This document shows, one piece after another, positions 26,859 to 39,974 of a DNA stretch of 64,000 bases. Source of the DNA: Takakia lepidozioides (lineage: Eukaryota; Plantae; Bryophyta); NCBI GenBank assembly GCA_030704615.1, contig CM060734.1, forward strand, positions 7,936,001-8,000,000, read 5' to 3'. Under the pieces are notes generated by a model. The model was not told where the DNA came from. It did not search any database and was given only the letters and a program-made list of their open reading frames with translations. The position numbers were made by a program, and so were the translations under genes. The stretch's first letter is position 1. Each line of letters opens with the position of its first letter.

Positions 26859-28007
26859 GATGAAAATGAAGTTAGACAAAGTGGCTTGTCACTACCGTTC
26901 ATGTTGTTCTTCTTCTTGGTCCATGGATTGGTGAGAGACAATCACCAAATCAAAACCACTATTCTCAGTTTATGGGTTCAAGATGAAAAAGGAAAAAGAG
27001 GCAACATTTATATACCATCATGAAGGAGAGTCAAGCATACCATAAGAGTACCAACACTCACATTGCTGAAAACAAAGGCACATGGTCCACAAGTTGAATT
27101 GGCAAAGAGATGTTGGAGGGTTTAGGGGTAAGGACTTCAAGTGCCTCTAGTGCTGCATTGTCTATCTGGCTTTGTTGAAGAAGAAGTATGACCCCCACAA
27201 CTGTTGGCCTCATTACAATCCAGACCAAGCCAGAAAGCAGGCAACTGGAGTTGACATTCCAGTGAGCCTTTTCCCACCCAAATTCATATGCAAGACTCAT
27301 GCCCAACAACCTTGCTGCAATTGTTTCTTACCCTCACTGCCTTTTCATATGCATATGGAGACAGAACTTTGGTGCAGATCGCAAACCTGCTGATGGGTTG
27401 GGGAGTTTGCAGGGTGTTTTGCGCGCTTTGTCTTTGTTGGGGCTTCTTTCATTGTTTCCATCTCTGACTCCGAGCTGGTCTCATTGAAGTCTTCATGAGC
27501 GGCATAATCTTGGTCTCGCTGCAATTCTTGCTCTCCTGCCTCCTCTGTGTCTGACGCCGCTTGAACCTGCGCTTCCTCCTCTTGCTCTACCTCTTTCTCC
27601 CTTGTGACATTGCAGAGTGCAGGAGTTGAACTCTGTGACTTCGGCGAGGAGGACCTGTGTGTTTGAGGATTTCCTCAACGAGGCATTTAGGGCGACTCAA
27701 GCTCTCTTCGACGCTGCAAAGAAGAAGAAAGACAAAGTCAGCAGCTGCAAAACCCTAACATATCCTCTCTGCAGGTTTGGAGCTTTTAATGCGGTTTCAT
27801 GGCTAGGGCTAGGTAGGGGATATGAAAAAAACCGAAGTTTGGACCTCTTTGCAATGTCGTAGATCTTCAGTCGTGCGAAGAATGCCTTGTTCTCCGCTTG
27901 ACGCTTTGCTCGTTCTACCTCCCTCGTTGTAGGCTTGCGCCCTGGTGTAACTTCTGGACACTCTATTTGGGTCTCCATTTCCTGACGAGTCTCACTCACT
28001 CGCCAAG

Positions 28008-31000
28008 ATGATCCCTCCTACTGCCCATCGATTGCAAAGGCGGACACAAGCAGAACATGACGATGACAGATTGTGGAAACTAGAGGAAGCGCGAGCAAGA
28101 AGACTGGGTCTTCGGAAAATTCTATGTCCATGCAATGCCTGTCATGGTGGGAACTGGCAAACCATTGGCCGGGCTAAGCGTCATCTGCTTTTGAACTTGC
28201 GAGATCCTAACTTACGAGAACTCCCGGTGCATATCTCTGGATTCTCTTCCCTTTGCAGATGCATACTTTGAAATTATAAGAAACAGTTCAAATTCCTGGT
28301 AGCGGTATTGTTGTAAGGTGTAGAGTATTGTACATGTCCGTTTTCCTATTGCCACGTGCCTGTACAAATGGCACGTTCCACATCCACTATTGCAAATGAA
28401 AAAACTCCCCATCTTATAGTGGATTGACATGTGGCGTCTGATATGTACTAAGCAGGAAAACTCTGGAGACGAACATGAGGGGTTTAGAACGGAAACCAGC
28501 CCTGCAGGTGGTCCTGATACCTTGGATCGTAATCTTGACATGCTTAGAATGCTCCGGGAGACATTCGCAACTATAGATAATGGGGTGCAAACTGGTGATG
28601 CACATGAGGAACGGGAGATGGAACACAGGGCCAATGGGACACAGATGGAGTGCCAGAGCAGACTGATGGTGGACTGAAGAGCGATGGTGATCGTGGTGCA
28701 GCGAGTGCCTTACGTTTTGAGCACGAGGCATCCAGGGCTTTATATGTAGGGAGTTCTTCCTCTCGATTGTCTGCTACCTTACTGCTGTTAAATGCTTGTC
28801 AAACCCATGGTGTGTCAAACACCTTTGTCGATGAACTCCTTACATTGTTAGGAAGACAACTGTTGCCAGCAGACAATTGCCTGCCAAAGTCCCACTATGA
28901 GGCAAAACAACTCATAATGGAACTCGGGCTTCATTACGAGAGTATACATGCATGTCCGAAAGGCTGTGTGTTGTTCAGAAGGGAGCTTCAGAATTTGGAG
29001 GTTTGTCCAAAATGTCAGGCACGTCGTTATGTGGTGGGTACGAAGACACCAGTACCTCGTAAGGTCCTTCGACATTTCCCTATCATTCCAAGGCTGCTTC
29101 GAATGTATAAAGCCAAATCCATCTCAGAGTTAATGTCATGGCACTTTAAGAATCGAAGTCTGGATGGCTTGGTTAGGCACCCAGCAGACAGCAAGGCTTG
29201 GGCCCACATTGACCAAAAATGGCCTGAGTTTGCAGCGGACCCCAGAAATCTGCGATTGGGTCTTGCATGGGATGGTGTCAATCCTTACAGTGATAAATCA
29301 AACAAATGGTCAACTTGGCCTGTCATGTTGGTAAACTATAATCTTCCACCCTGGCTGTGTACTAAGCCATTTTTCACGATGTTGGCTTTATTGATTCCTG
29401 GACCACAATCTGTGGGAAATGACAATGCAGATGTTTATCTGCAGCCCCTTGTGGATGAGCTAAAATTGTTGTGGGAAGTTGGTGTGGAGGCATTGGATGG
29501 AAGTAGCCTAGTGGGGCAACAGTCATTTCGCATGAGGGCCATCTTGATGTGGTCAATCCACGACTTTCCAGCTTATGGGTTGCTAGCAGGATGCGCACAC
29601 GGGGGATACAAGGCTTGCCCAGCTTGCGGCCCTAATGTTGATTCCAGGTACTCGAAGGCATGCAAAAAAGTTTTGTATCTTGGTCATAGGAGATACTTGC
29701 CTGCTGTTCATCCCTATAGGAATAACTCGTCCCACTTTAATGGACATGTGGAACATAGAGCAGCTCCTATGGTGGTCACTGCAAGTGAGCAATTTGACCG
29801 GGCTAAAACGAGAGAGTTGTATCTCGCAATGGGAGGGGCTGAGGGGGGAAACAGGACCCTTCAAAGGAACATGGCATGAAACGGGTCACTGTTTTGAACC
29901 AATTGCCATACTGGAAAGACTTACTCATCCGATACACACTGGATGTGATGCATTGTGAAAAAAAATTGTGTGAGAATGTGCTGAGAACCATTCTTGGGGA
30001 GAAGGACACAGCCACATCTAGGAAGGATATGGAACTCAATGTCATTCGTGAACACTTGTGGTTGAGACCCCATCCCTCTCACCCGAACAAGTTGGTGAAG
30101 CCTTTGGCCCCATATGTTCTTACTGAAGATGAGAAGGTGTTGTTTTTGGAAACATTGGCTGTAGTAAAGGCCCCCACAGGTTATGCTGCCACATTCCAGA
30201 AACATGTGGCTGACAATAAACTGTCTACAATGAAAACCCATGACTACCATGTAATGATGCAGCAGATTTTACCTCTTTGCATTCGAGGGGTATTGGGAAA
30301 GGGTCCACGGATGGCAATTATGAGGCTTTCTCGAGTCTTCCGAAAAGTGTGTGCAAAGATCATTAATCCAACTGAGCTACCGGCCTTAAAAGAAGATGTT
30401 GCAATCACTATGTGTCTGCTGGAGAAAGAATTCCCTCCGTCATTTTTTGATATCATGACTCACTTGCTTGTACACCTTGTGGACGAATTGGAGGTGTGTG
30501 GTCCCGTGTCTAGCCGTTGGATGTATCCTATGGAACGGTATATGAAGACATTAAAAGGCTATGTAAGGAATATGAGCCGACCTGAAGGGAGCATGGCGGA
30601 AGGGTATGCTTTGGATGAGGCCCTAGGGTTTCTAACTGAGTATATGGCTGAATTTCATGCTACAAGCCGAAGGGTGTGGGACTCCAATGAAGAAGACTCA
30701 GTTAGTGGGGAGGTGGTTCAAGGATTGGGAAGTGTACGAGTCCTCACCATTCAAGAACGAGACAGTGCACACGAGTATATTTTGCACAACACAGATTGCA
30801 TGAAACCATTCCTTGAGTAAGTATGTTGCTTATCATATCCTGTGTGTTTCATTTCTGCCAATGGTATAAGCTTGTAATCCTAATTTGCAATTCTCATTTG
30901 GACAGGGCCTATGAAGAGGAGATGGCACTCATAGAAGCATCCCGCACTGAGTTCAGAACAACATTCCTTTGTGGACAAGACCAAGACCACCACAATGGAG

Positions 31001-31818
31001 AAATTCCATACCCAACAGATATGCGCTTACTGGCTCCATTCCATGAATGGATTGAAGGTGCTGTCCAACGCAAGGTGAGTTCAGGTGAGTCCTATGATTT
31101 GGACATATGCCATTTATGTATACCACCAGCAGTACAGTCCTTGGGCTTCAAGTCCATGTATGCTTACGGCAATCACTTTCGAGCAATACGTGATGGGACT
31201 GGCGCCACAGACAGGGTGACATTTGATTCTGGAGTTGCTCAAGTATTCCATCAGGAAAGCGAAAATAGAGCAGGTATGTCCAAACGAGTGTTATCCCAAT
31301 TGGAATATGTGGGTGTTGTAACAGAAATAATTCAACTGGATTACGGAATTCTTCACCCAATTCTGTTCTTGTGTAGATGGGTGAGGTCACACATGGTGGG
31401 CCGGAATGCCACCATGAAACGAGATGATTATGGCTTTCTCTTGGTTGACTTCAGTCGCATGTTACCTCGGATGGAGCAGCCCTGGACATTCCCTAGTCAG
31501 GTGGAGCAAGTTTTTTTCTCGGATGAAAAAAGTTCACGAGGGAACTGGAAGGTGGTCCTTCACAAGGACCCTCGATCCCGACGAGTGGTTCACGATATTA
31601 CAGAAGTGGCACTGGGTGAGGGAGACACTTATGTAGGCATGGTGCCTCCTGAAATTCCTTATAACATCATGACTGAGCTTGCTGTTTGTGTTCCTTTGAG
31701 TGAGGCAGATGAATTGGCCATTGCCAACTTGAATGCACTTGCAAGGCAGAGGCAAAATGGTAGAAGGCGGAGGCAAGCTCCACATGGGAGGTACCAGGCC
31801 AGTTGTGCTATGGTCTAG
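28008..31818 (+). pseudogene. CACTA TnpD transposase of element 2
   Basis: CPCNACHGG exon; IHACPKGCVLF; RNLRLGLAWDGVNPY; LDVMHCEK; MKTHDYH; WMYPMERYMK; DUF4216-like last exon. Frameshifts near 28650 and 29850; last intron about 30817-30905. Confidence 0.95.
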
Positions 31819-32244
31819 AGTTGGTTTCTGCTATTGCATGTATTTTTCCAGGGTTTAGACTTGATACAACATGGTACCTTGCATGGGTGGGAGTGACTGA
31901 GCTGTTGGGGTGGGCAAAATTCTGACAAACACACTTTCATTTGTGACAGTGAACCCTAAACAGTCATGGAGTTGTGGCCTGCATACTTTTCTGACCCTAG
32001 TCAATGGTGGGCCAATTGTGGCAAAAAGGTGAATGCATGTTGGATTATAGAGAGTAGCAGATGCAATTGAGCATAGAACTAGTGTGAGAAGTTGAGTTGG
32101 GTGTTTCCTAGAACAAATGTAGGCTGTTATTGTCAGTTGCTACCAGCAAGGCAAAGATGTATGCATGATTTGTGAGAGGCATGGATAGCTGAAGGAGCAG
32201 GGATAGAGTGTGGGCCCAGATTCATCCAAGAGGGCCACATTTTT

Positions 32245-34200
32245 GGAATTGTACTTGATGTGATTTTGAACAATGCCCTCGTGGATATGTATGCCAAATG
32301 TGGGAGCATCAAGGGCAAGCCTGCCAGCTCTGGAAAAGGTTCTGATCAGGTCCATGGTTTCATTGTCAAAGCTGGAATTGTACCTGATTGTGATTGTGGA
32401 CAATGCCCTCGTGGACAAGTATGCCAAATGTGCGAGCATCAAGGGCAAGCTTGGCAGCTCTGGAAAAGGGAAGAGGTCCATGGTTTCATTGTCAAAGCTG
32501 GAATTATACCTGATGTGATTCAAGACAATGCCCTCGTGGACATGTATGCCAAATGTTTCAGCATGAAGGGCAAGCCTGGGAGCTCTGGAAAAGGGAAGAT
32601 CAGGTCCATGGTTTCATTGTCAAAGCTGGAATTGTACCTGATGTGATTATGGACAATGCCCTCGTGGACATGTATGCCAAATGTGTTAGCATGAAGGGCA
32701 AGCCTGGCAGCTCTGGAAAAGGGAAGATTAGGTCCATGCTTTAGGGATACCAAATGTGGGAGCATCAAGGGCAAGCCTGCCAGCTCTGGAAAAGGGAAGA
32801 TCAAGTCCGTGGTTTCATTGTCTAAGCTGGAATTGTACCTGATTGTGATTCTGGACAATGCCCTTGTGGACATGTATGCCAAATGTGGGAGCATGAAGGG
32901 CAAGCCTGCCAGCTCTGGGAAAGGGAAGATCAGGTCTATGGTTTCATTGTCAAAGCTTGCATTGTACGTGATTGTGATTCTGGACAATGCCCTCGTGGAC
33001 ATGTATGCCAAATGTGGGAGCATGAAGGGCAAGCCTGCCAGCTCTGGGAAAGGGAAGATCAGGTCTATGGTTTCATTGTCAAAGCTTGCATTGTACGTGA
33101 TTGTGATTCTGGACAATGCCCTCGTGGACATGTATGCCAAACGTGGGAGCATCAATGGCAAGCCTGCCAGCTCTGGAAAAGGTTTTGATCAGGTCCATGG
33201 TTTCATTGTCAAAGCTGGAATTGTACCTGATTGTGATTTTGGACAATGCCCTTGTGGACATGTATGCCAAATGTGGGAGCATCAAGGGCAAGCCTGCCAG
33301 CTCTGGAAAAAGAAAGAGGTCCATGGTTTCATTGTCAAAGCTGGAATTATACCTGATGTGATTCTGGACAATGCCCTCGTGGACATGTATGCCAAATGTG
33401 TCAGCATGAAGGGCAAGCCTGGCAGCTCTGGAAAAGGGAAGAGGTCCATGGTTTCATTGTCAAAGGTGGAATTGTACCTGATGTGATTCTGAACAATGCC
33501 CTCGTGGACATGTACGCCAAATGTGGGGGCATCAAGGGCAATCCTGCCAGCTCTTGAAAATGGAAGATCAGGTCTATGGTTTCATTGTCAAAGCTTGCAT
33601 TGTACGTGATTGTGATTCTGGACAATGCCCTCATGGACATGTATGCCAAACATGGGAGCATCAATGGCAAGCCTGCCAGCTCTGGAAAAGGTTCCGATCA
33701 GGTCCATGGTTTCATTGTCAAAGCTAGAATTGTACCTGACTGTGATTCTGGACAATGCCCTCATGGACATGTATGCCAAATGTGGGAGCATCAAGGGCAA
33801 GCCTGGCAGCTCTGGAAAAGGGAAGAGGTCCATGGTTTCATTTGTCAAAGCTGGAATTATACCTGATGTGATTCTGGACAATGCCCTCGTGGACATGTAT
33901 GCCAAATGTGTCAGCATGAAGGGCAAGCCTGGCAGCTTTGGAAAAGGGAAGAGGTCCATGGTTTCATTGTCAAAGCTGGAATTGTACCTGATGTGATTCT
34001 GAACAATGCCCTCGTGGACATGTACGCCAAATGTGGGAGCATCAAGGGCAAGCTTTGCCAGCTCTGGAAAAGGGAAGATCAGGTCCATGGTTTCATTGTC
34101 AAAGCTGGAATTGTACCTGATTGTGATTCTGGACAGTGCCCTCGTGGACATGTATGCCAAATGTGGGAGCATCAAGCTGGATGCGAAGGCAGTTTTCCAA
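32245..34200 (+). repeat. Tandem array of about 15.5 units of 125-130 bp derived from a PLS-class PPR gene fragment
   Basis: Each unit encodes, across frames, [38 protein letters not shown]; the last unit continues as GSIKLDAKAVF. Anchor CAATGCC at 32271, 32401, 32526, 32654, 32856, 32985, 33114, 33244, 33369, 33494, 33623, 33753, 33879, 34004 (variant at 34134). Confidence 0.93.
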
Positions 34201-35560
34201 CACTATGGCTCTTGGAGTGATTTTGACATGTACCAGTAGAGGGGAGAAAGTGGGGCCCTCAGTAGACGAGTTGAAAAGCACTAGTTAAAAAACACTGGCG
34301 CTTGATAGGGTGGGGCAAAATTCAGGCTGGGGCGATCATTGATATCCCGGACGTAGTGTAAAAAAGACGGTTGTGAGTGAAGTACACCCATAAAAAAAAA
34401 ACCCTGCTGTCTCAAAAAGGGAGCCAGTCACAAAGAGCAAGGCACTTTGTCCAAGCTTCTCGACATCAAGCAACAATGTGGACAGGGAGGTAGTCATTGG
34501 GAACGATTTTTGTAAGGTGGTGAAGAAAGCCTTGTCTGAGGATCACTGGATATTTCTCTAGTACGGTTGGACTAGTAGAGATTGAAATTCGTGCTCAGCT
34601 CAGCTTCAGACTGTCTCATTGTGAGGGGCCTAGGGTTGTTGTGCACATGCGCCTACGCCCTCTCTGCTGCGTGTCCCGAACTGCGTGTCAAGGTTGACTG
34701 GACAGAAATGAGATTGACATTTTGGCGCTCACAAATCTCTGAGACGACATGAGGTAGTTTTATCTATAGCTTCTCAAAGCAATTGTTGTACATTGTTGAT
34801 TATAGTGTGACATTCTCATAACGATATTGTCGTCAGCTGCATGAGCAGTGCATCTTTTTGGATTGCTGGTTCCCGAAGGGATTATATGTGACAGGACAGA
34901 GGGCAAGTTATAGCCAATAGTTGCAAGCAGTGTTCAATATTGAAGAGAATTCTATGCCCTTTCGGTTCTGCCGATCTCCTTCTCATTTTACTTGAGGTTG
35001 TCTATTTTGAGAGCTTTGATGTTTGGATGAAAATGCATTTTGGCATCAACTTAAATGGATGGCCTGCACTGGTGGGCATTCAGATTCTAAACGAGCCGGC
35101 AAAGAAAAACTACAAGTCCCATAGCCCTCTACATGCAGACCCCATAACCCTAATAACATTTTTGAACTTTTAAATTCTCTAAACAAAAGTCTATGTGTTA
35201 TGTCGTCCAAGGCATGTTGAATAGAGGTGGAAGTCATTTCATCCATCTATCTTCCACCTGGATGGTCAATGTGCCACGCCATATAGTTGCCCCAAATTCC
35301 TGTAGGACATCTCACACTAACCTCACACTCCATGACTCATTTCACACTCATGTCAAATGCCCCATATGCATTATCTTGGTCAACACCCGTTGACCGTATG
35401 GGTGTCATTCGAGTGTGAAATTTGTAACACCATGTGGGTTTTCCTACAATGGTCCAGATCACACCTTGCCTCCTCTCACATGGGTGTAAGAGGAGCTGTT
35501 CAAAGTGCCAGGTGTGAACTATGGGTGGTGTTGGAAAACCCGGTTTTTGTAGTAGTGTGG

Positions 35561-36913
35561 CCTACACCTCGTGCCTGGCCACCTTGTCCTCTCTGGGCTC
35601 CCCCACCTCGCCCCCGGCCACCATTGTTCCCTTGGAACTGGCCTAGGTGCAACTCAGGATGCAAACCATAACACTGGGCCTCTCCATGCCCGTGCTTGCC
35701 ACAATGCCCACACTGCAACTGTGCAGGCTGTGCATGTGCCGGCCCTTTGCCTCCATCTGGGCAATCCTTCTTGACATGGGGTCCTCCACATGTCCAACAC
35801 ACCACCTCCGCCCGTTGTTGGCCTGCAAATGAAGGGAGAGACCCTTGCATCTGAGGTCCTCTCTGTCCTTCCCTGAGCTTCACCTGAGCCCCCTTGTTGC
35901 CTTGAGCATGTTGAGGTAGTGGTTGGCTAGGAGCACCACTACCCCGTGGTGTCTCCTTAGCAAATCCTACCATGACCACTCGTTCCTCCACCATGTTGAG
36001 CTCTATCCGCTCTGCCAGCAAAAACATATTTGCTAAGGTGGGTTGGGCCGCTTGTAGGAGAGTTGCATCCCGCACCCTTCAGCTCCTTGTCCAATATCCC
36101 ATACCAGAACTGGACTGCCAGAGCTTCCGTAACCCCTTGGGTTACATTTATCAAGCGCCTCATGCGAGTGAAAGCCTCCCTCAAGCTCTCAGTAGGCTTT
36201 CGTTGGAACTCTTGCAAGCTCCGCAACTTCTCTGTCCTCACCCCTTGGTAGTTCCTTCTTAACTCTTCGAAGAACTCCACAACAGGGTTGAAGGCAGGCA
36301 CGGGTACTGGTGCTGGTGCGGTAGTGGCTTGGATGGATGTCGTAGCTACGGTACCACCAATCCCACTAGTCCCATTGCTGCTTGTTGAAGCTGGCGGTGT
36401 AGCGGCAGGTGTAGCCACGACCCTCGTGGCTTTAGTGCCCCTAGTGATGGAGACATAGTCGGGTGACCAGTACATCCTCCACTCCTCGATCTCAACCTCA
36501 TGCCCCCGCCTAAACTCATGGTAATCATCCATAGGCGGCCCCTCAAGGTGCTGAAACAGCCCCTTCCATGCCATGAAGGGCATAAATAGTTGTGGATTGC
36601 GCATTTGCTGCAAATCACACCAACTATCAAACTCTTGGATAAAATCATCCAATTCGATGGTGCCCACCGCCCCAGAGTACCTTCGTGGCCCCTTGGTAGC
36701 TCCATACATCTCCTCCATTATGTCCCACGACAATGGCAAGGAAACAACTTGCACCGCCGGTGTGAGTCCTCCTGATTCACAATCCGAATCAGAACCTTCC
36801 GTAGAAGACACTGGAGGTGAAGGTGGCCTAAACCGCACACCTCGTCTCGTGTACCCATTAGTATCGCTAGTGCTCAAACCGGCACTCTCCCTAGCAACTA
36901 GTGGCACCTCCAT
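35561..36913 (-). pseudogene. gag of DNMT-Gypsy copy A with two zinc knuckles
   Basis: YSGAVGTIELDDFIQEFDSWCD; LQEFQRKPTESLREAFTRM; CWTCGGPHVKKDC; CGHCGKHGHGEAQC. Frameshift near 36075. Confidence 0.88.
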
Positions 36914-37599
36914 GTTGACAAACTGTCACTCAACCGATCATGAACATGTCCCTAACCCCCTCTCCACAAGGTAACCAGGTAAAGAACTTGTTGCGGCTTA
37001 TGGTTTGGAATACTAGGTTCCTAACATAGCCTACACCTGCACCTACATGCACCGCAAGCACTCCTATGGTTGGCTGGTAATCACCTCCAACCTCACCACA
37101 GGAGAAACAATGATGGTCTGACTGGTCATCACCCCAGCCTCGCCATCGACAACATGCTCTAGGACTGGCCGGTGATCAAATCCGGACCAATCACCTATAA
37201 AAACAAACGCCCACACAAAACTAACATGGCGCACAGTCAAGCATGCAGGTATGGAGGGGATCCAAACACAAGAAATCAGAACGACAACTCCCCCACACCA
37301 AAAACAACTCCACGGTGTTGCTCCTGCAAGGACACCCCAGCCCAAACCCGGACTGACTCTTGCCTCCACCTACGGAAAGGTCTTGGCCTAATGAGAGGGT
37401 GGAAACTACGAGGAAGAGAAGCTAAAGCAATGCCTAACCCCAGCACGCCCTCATCCCAACACTCTTCCTCTCCTCTCTTCCCTCACTTGCATGACCATAG
37501 GAATAGCATGAAGATACTCCTCGAACCGCCCTCCACGAGCTTCAAAATTCGGCCTTCAAGACCACATGCTTGTCCTTAGGCAGTCCACTAGTGCCTCCA

Positions 37600-38070
37600 C
37601 GAGTCAGCACAGGCCGTCCACAGGTCAACACGGGCCATCACAGACCAGCCCAGGCCCACACAGATCACTGGTCACAGCCGTCACAACCCCACACAGGCCA
37701 CAGGTCACAACCCCTCACAGCCCATCACAGCCTGTCACAGCCCCTCACAGCCCCCAAGGCCACAGGTCACAACCCGTCACAACCCCAAAGGCCACATGGC
37801 ACAGCCTATCACAGCCCCTCACGGCCCCAAAGGCCACAGCCCGTCACAGCCCCACAGGCCACAGGTCACAGCCCGTCACAGCCCCAAAGGCCATAGGCAC
37901 AGCCTGTCACAGTCCGTCACAGCCCCACAGGCCACATATCACAGCCTATCACAGCCCGTCACAGCCCCAAAGGCCACAGGCACAGCCTGTCACAACCCTA
38001 CACAGGTCACAGGGGTCACAGCCCCAAAGGCCACAGCCTGTCACAGCCCTCACAGCCCCACAAGCCACTC
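37600..38070. repeat. Degenerate short tandem repeats (GTCACA / CACAGCC) in the leader of Gypsy copy A
   Basis: Dozens of cacagcc, gtcaca and aggccac units. Confidence 0.85.
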
Positions 38071-38539
38071 ATGGCAGTTTAGTCATTTCTCCAAGGGGTT
38101 TAGCCACGCCAAGCTAGGGTTTGTGTCTCTTGGACTCTAGGCTTTTTTGCACCGAGCTATGGCGGCTGTGAGGAAATCAGCAAGGTATTCTTGCTCTTTA
38201 TGGCTCCCACACACCACCAATAGTAGCCCTAAGCCATGAGGAAGATGGTTGCCACAAACCAAGTCTTCTTTCTCACTTAGACTCCCCAAACACGCCACTA
38301 AACTCAATGGCAAACAACCAAGCCTTGCTGGTTTCCAGCCCTTGTGAGCACTCATTCAAGCGTTTTCCTTGGCCATAGCATCTGTCTTAGAGCCTATTCC
38401 AGCCCCCTACACCTGCCACTTCAAGAGCCATGCTCTATCTAGGAGGTTGAAACCCCACCTCACATATGCCCTACAAGTGCTTTTCTTTCACCCAAGTGGG
38501 AACCAGCCCTAGCCCTTCCATTCTAGCTCTCTAAAGTTT

Positions 38540-38900
38540 GAAAATAAAAGCCTCAATGGGCTGAAGGCATGCTCCACACATGCCCCACTCTCACCATAAG
38601 AGAATCAGCTCATTTGCTTCATTTCTTGCACCCACAAACCTGAAAATACAAGCTTCAGCGGGCTGAAAGCATGCTCCACACATGCCCTACAGGGAAACCA
38701 ACCCCTTCTTTCCTTTCTTGCACTCCCAAACCTAAAAGTACAAGCCTTCAACAGGCTGAAAGCATGCTCCACACATGCATTTCCCTCACATAAGGGAAGT
38801 CAGCCCTTCCCTCTTCCTTGCTTGCCCTCCAAGCTTGAAGATGGAAGCTTCAATGAGCTGAATACATGCTCCACACATGCAACCCCTTCACACAAGAGGT
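38540..38900. repeat. Four diverged tandem units of about 95-100 bp with core CTGAA..CATGCTCCACACATGC
   Basis: Core at about 38561, 38662, 38755 and 38857. Confidence 0.8.
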
Positions 38901-39974
38901 ATCAGCCCCCTATCTTGGCTCCTTGATGCTCTCTAAGACAAGACTAAGCACTCCACAACCCTTGCCAAGCTCCTGAAACCCTAAGGCTTACATTTCCAGC
39001 CACAAGACACTCCTCTTGTGGTGCAAGAGCTCTTCTTCCAAGCTCTGAAACCCTAGGTGCAGATTCCATGGCCTTGCCGCACCTCTTAGCTCCTGTTCCA
39101 TCCCTGCTCTTGCCATGACAAGAGCCCTCTCAATGCTGAAGCTCGAGATTGAAACCCAATCTCAACATACTCCACAAAGTGCACTGATTTGCCGCAAGCC
39201 AAATCGGCCCTTTCGCTTGGTCTTGCAATACTTCACACAATGAAAGCTCGCATTCCCAAGTCCAGTTCTCAGCTTTGCCACCAAAGCCACTATAACTTGC
39301 TCTTGACTGGTCCTCTTCCCAATCGTGCTTACTCATGCATTGTACATAATTTGAAACCATCAAGGTGCTCTGGAATTACCTGCAGCATGGTGCTTTCATC
39401 TCTGAAGCTGAAGATCGAATGCCGAGGTCTACCACCTCGTAACCCACATCGCCTCCGCTTCTAACAACCAAGAGCTCCACGGTGCTCCTTGCATAACAAC
39501 CTGGTTTCTCTCATTCTCAAGCAAAAACCACAAGTGTTACAACTAACTCATATCTGGCACTCACAGATACGAGCTCATCTTTCTCGAGTGATAAAGAAGA
39601 AGAATACAAGCACAAGCTCATGCGAGCTCACAAAGCTGAAGCATAAACTCATGCATATATAACCTCATCACTCAAATACAAGTCAAGCCAAGTGCACCCC
39701 ACGCCATGGGGAATCCACACTACGGCGCCATAGCTAGGCGCGGTGAGGCTCAACTCGAGAAAGATGAGCCTCCCGCGCTTGCCGTGGAGATAACCACTCT
39801 AGGGCCTAAATCTGCCTTGACCCCTGGATTGACACTTGGGCCAATCCCAAATGTCAATATATAAAAGCTAGCTATTTCCTAGCTAGTTTCATACTAGTGG
39901 TAAAATAACTTGACACCGGAAACAAAATGAAAGGCAAAGGAAAGAAAAAAAAGGTGAAGGAAAGAGGCTCACAT

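Larger units (their letters stand above)
20445..27999 (-). pseudogene. Multi-exon TnpA-like gene of CACTA element 2 (first exon about 27697-27999, Pro-rich exon 22548-23333, Transposase_24-like exon 22060-22659, FCP1-like exon)
   Basis: 22060-22659 (WMTALRGQCQRLLDWS...KPHHVPDKTWAQLVVSW) is paralogous to 6225-6977; SDKGYGSG matches DSNKGYGSD near 5960; the N-terminus of 20445-21506 matches 5433-5792 (FN.ALAAKLG). Confidence 0.7.
18768..35557 (+). mobile_element. CACTA/EnSpm element 2, full length (16,790 bp), TSD TGG
   Basis: Left end CACTAATACAGAAACCGGTTTTTTTAAC; right end reverse-complemented CACTACTACAAAAACCGGGTTTTCCAAC (23/28 identical). TGG at 18765-18767 and 35558-35560. The joined flanks match the uninterrupted paralog at about 53100-53130. 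Confidence 0.96.
35558..39915 (-). mobile_element. DNMT-Gypsy family copy A: 5' end, leader and gag
   Basis: 35561-37600 matches 53110-55130 and 39540-39915 matches 56640-57007; both copies end at ...GGTAAAATAACTTGACA. Confidence 0.92.

Noticed and set aside
32245-34200. PPR array as a functional PPR gene or a CRISPR array
   Set aside because: Most unit lengths are not multiples of 3 and frames switch within units; there are no unique spacers or cas genes, and the context is eukaryotic.
34300-35300. Possible captured exon fragments near the right end of CACTA 2
   Set aside because: Only vague peptide resemblances, not supportable without a search.
38540-38900. Regularly spaced 22-bp core as a CRISPR-like array
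   Set aside because: The intervening sequences resemble each other, so these are diverged tandem units in a retrotransposon leader.
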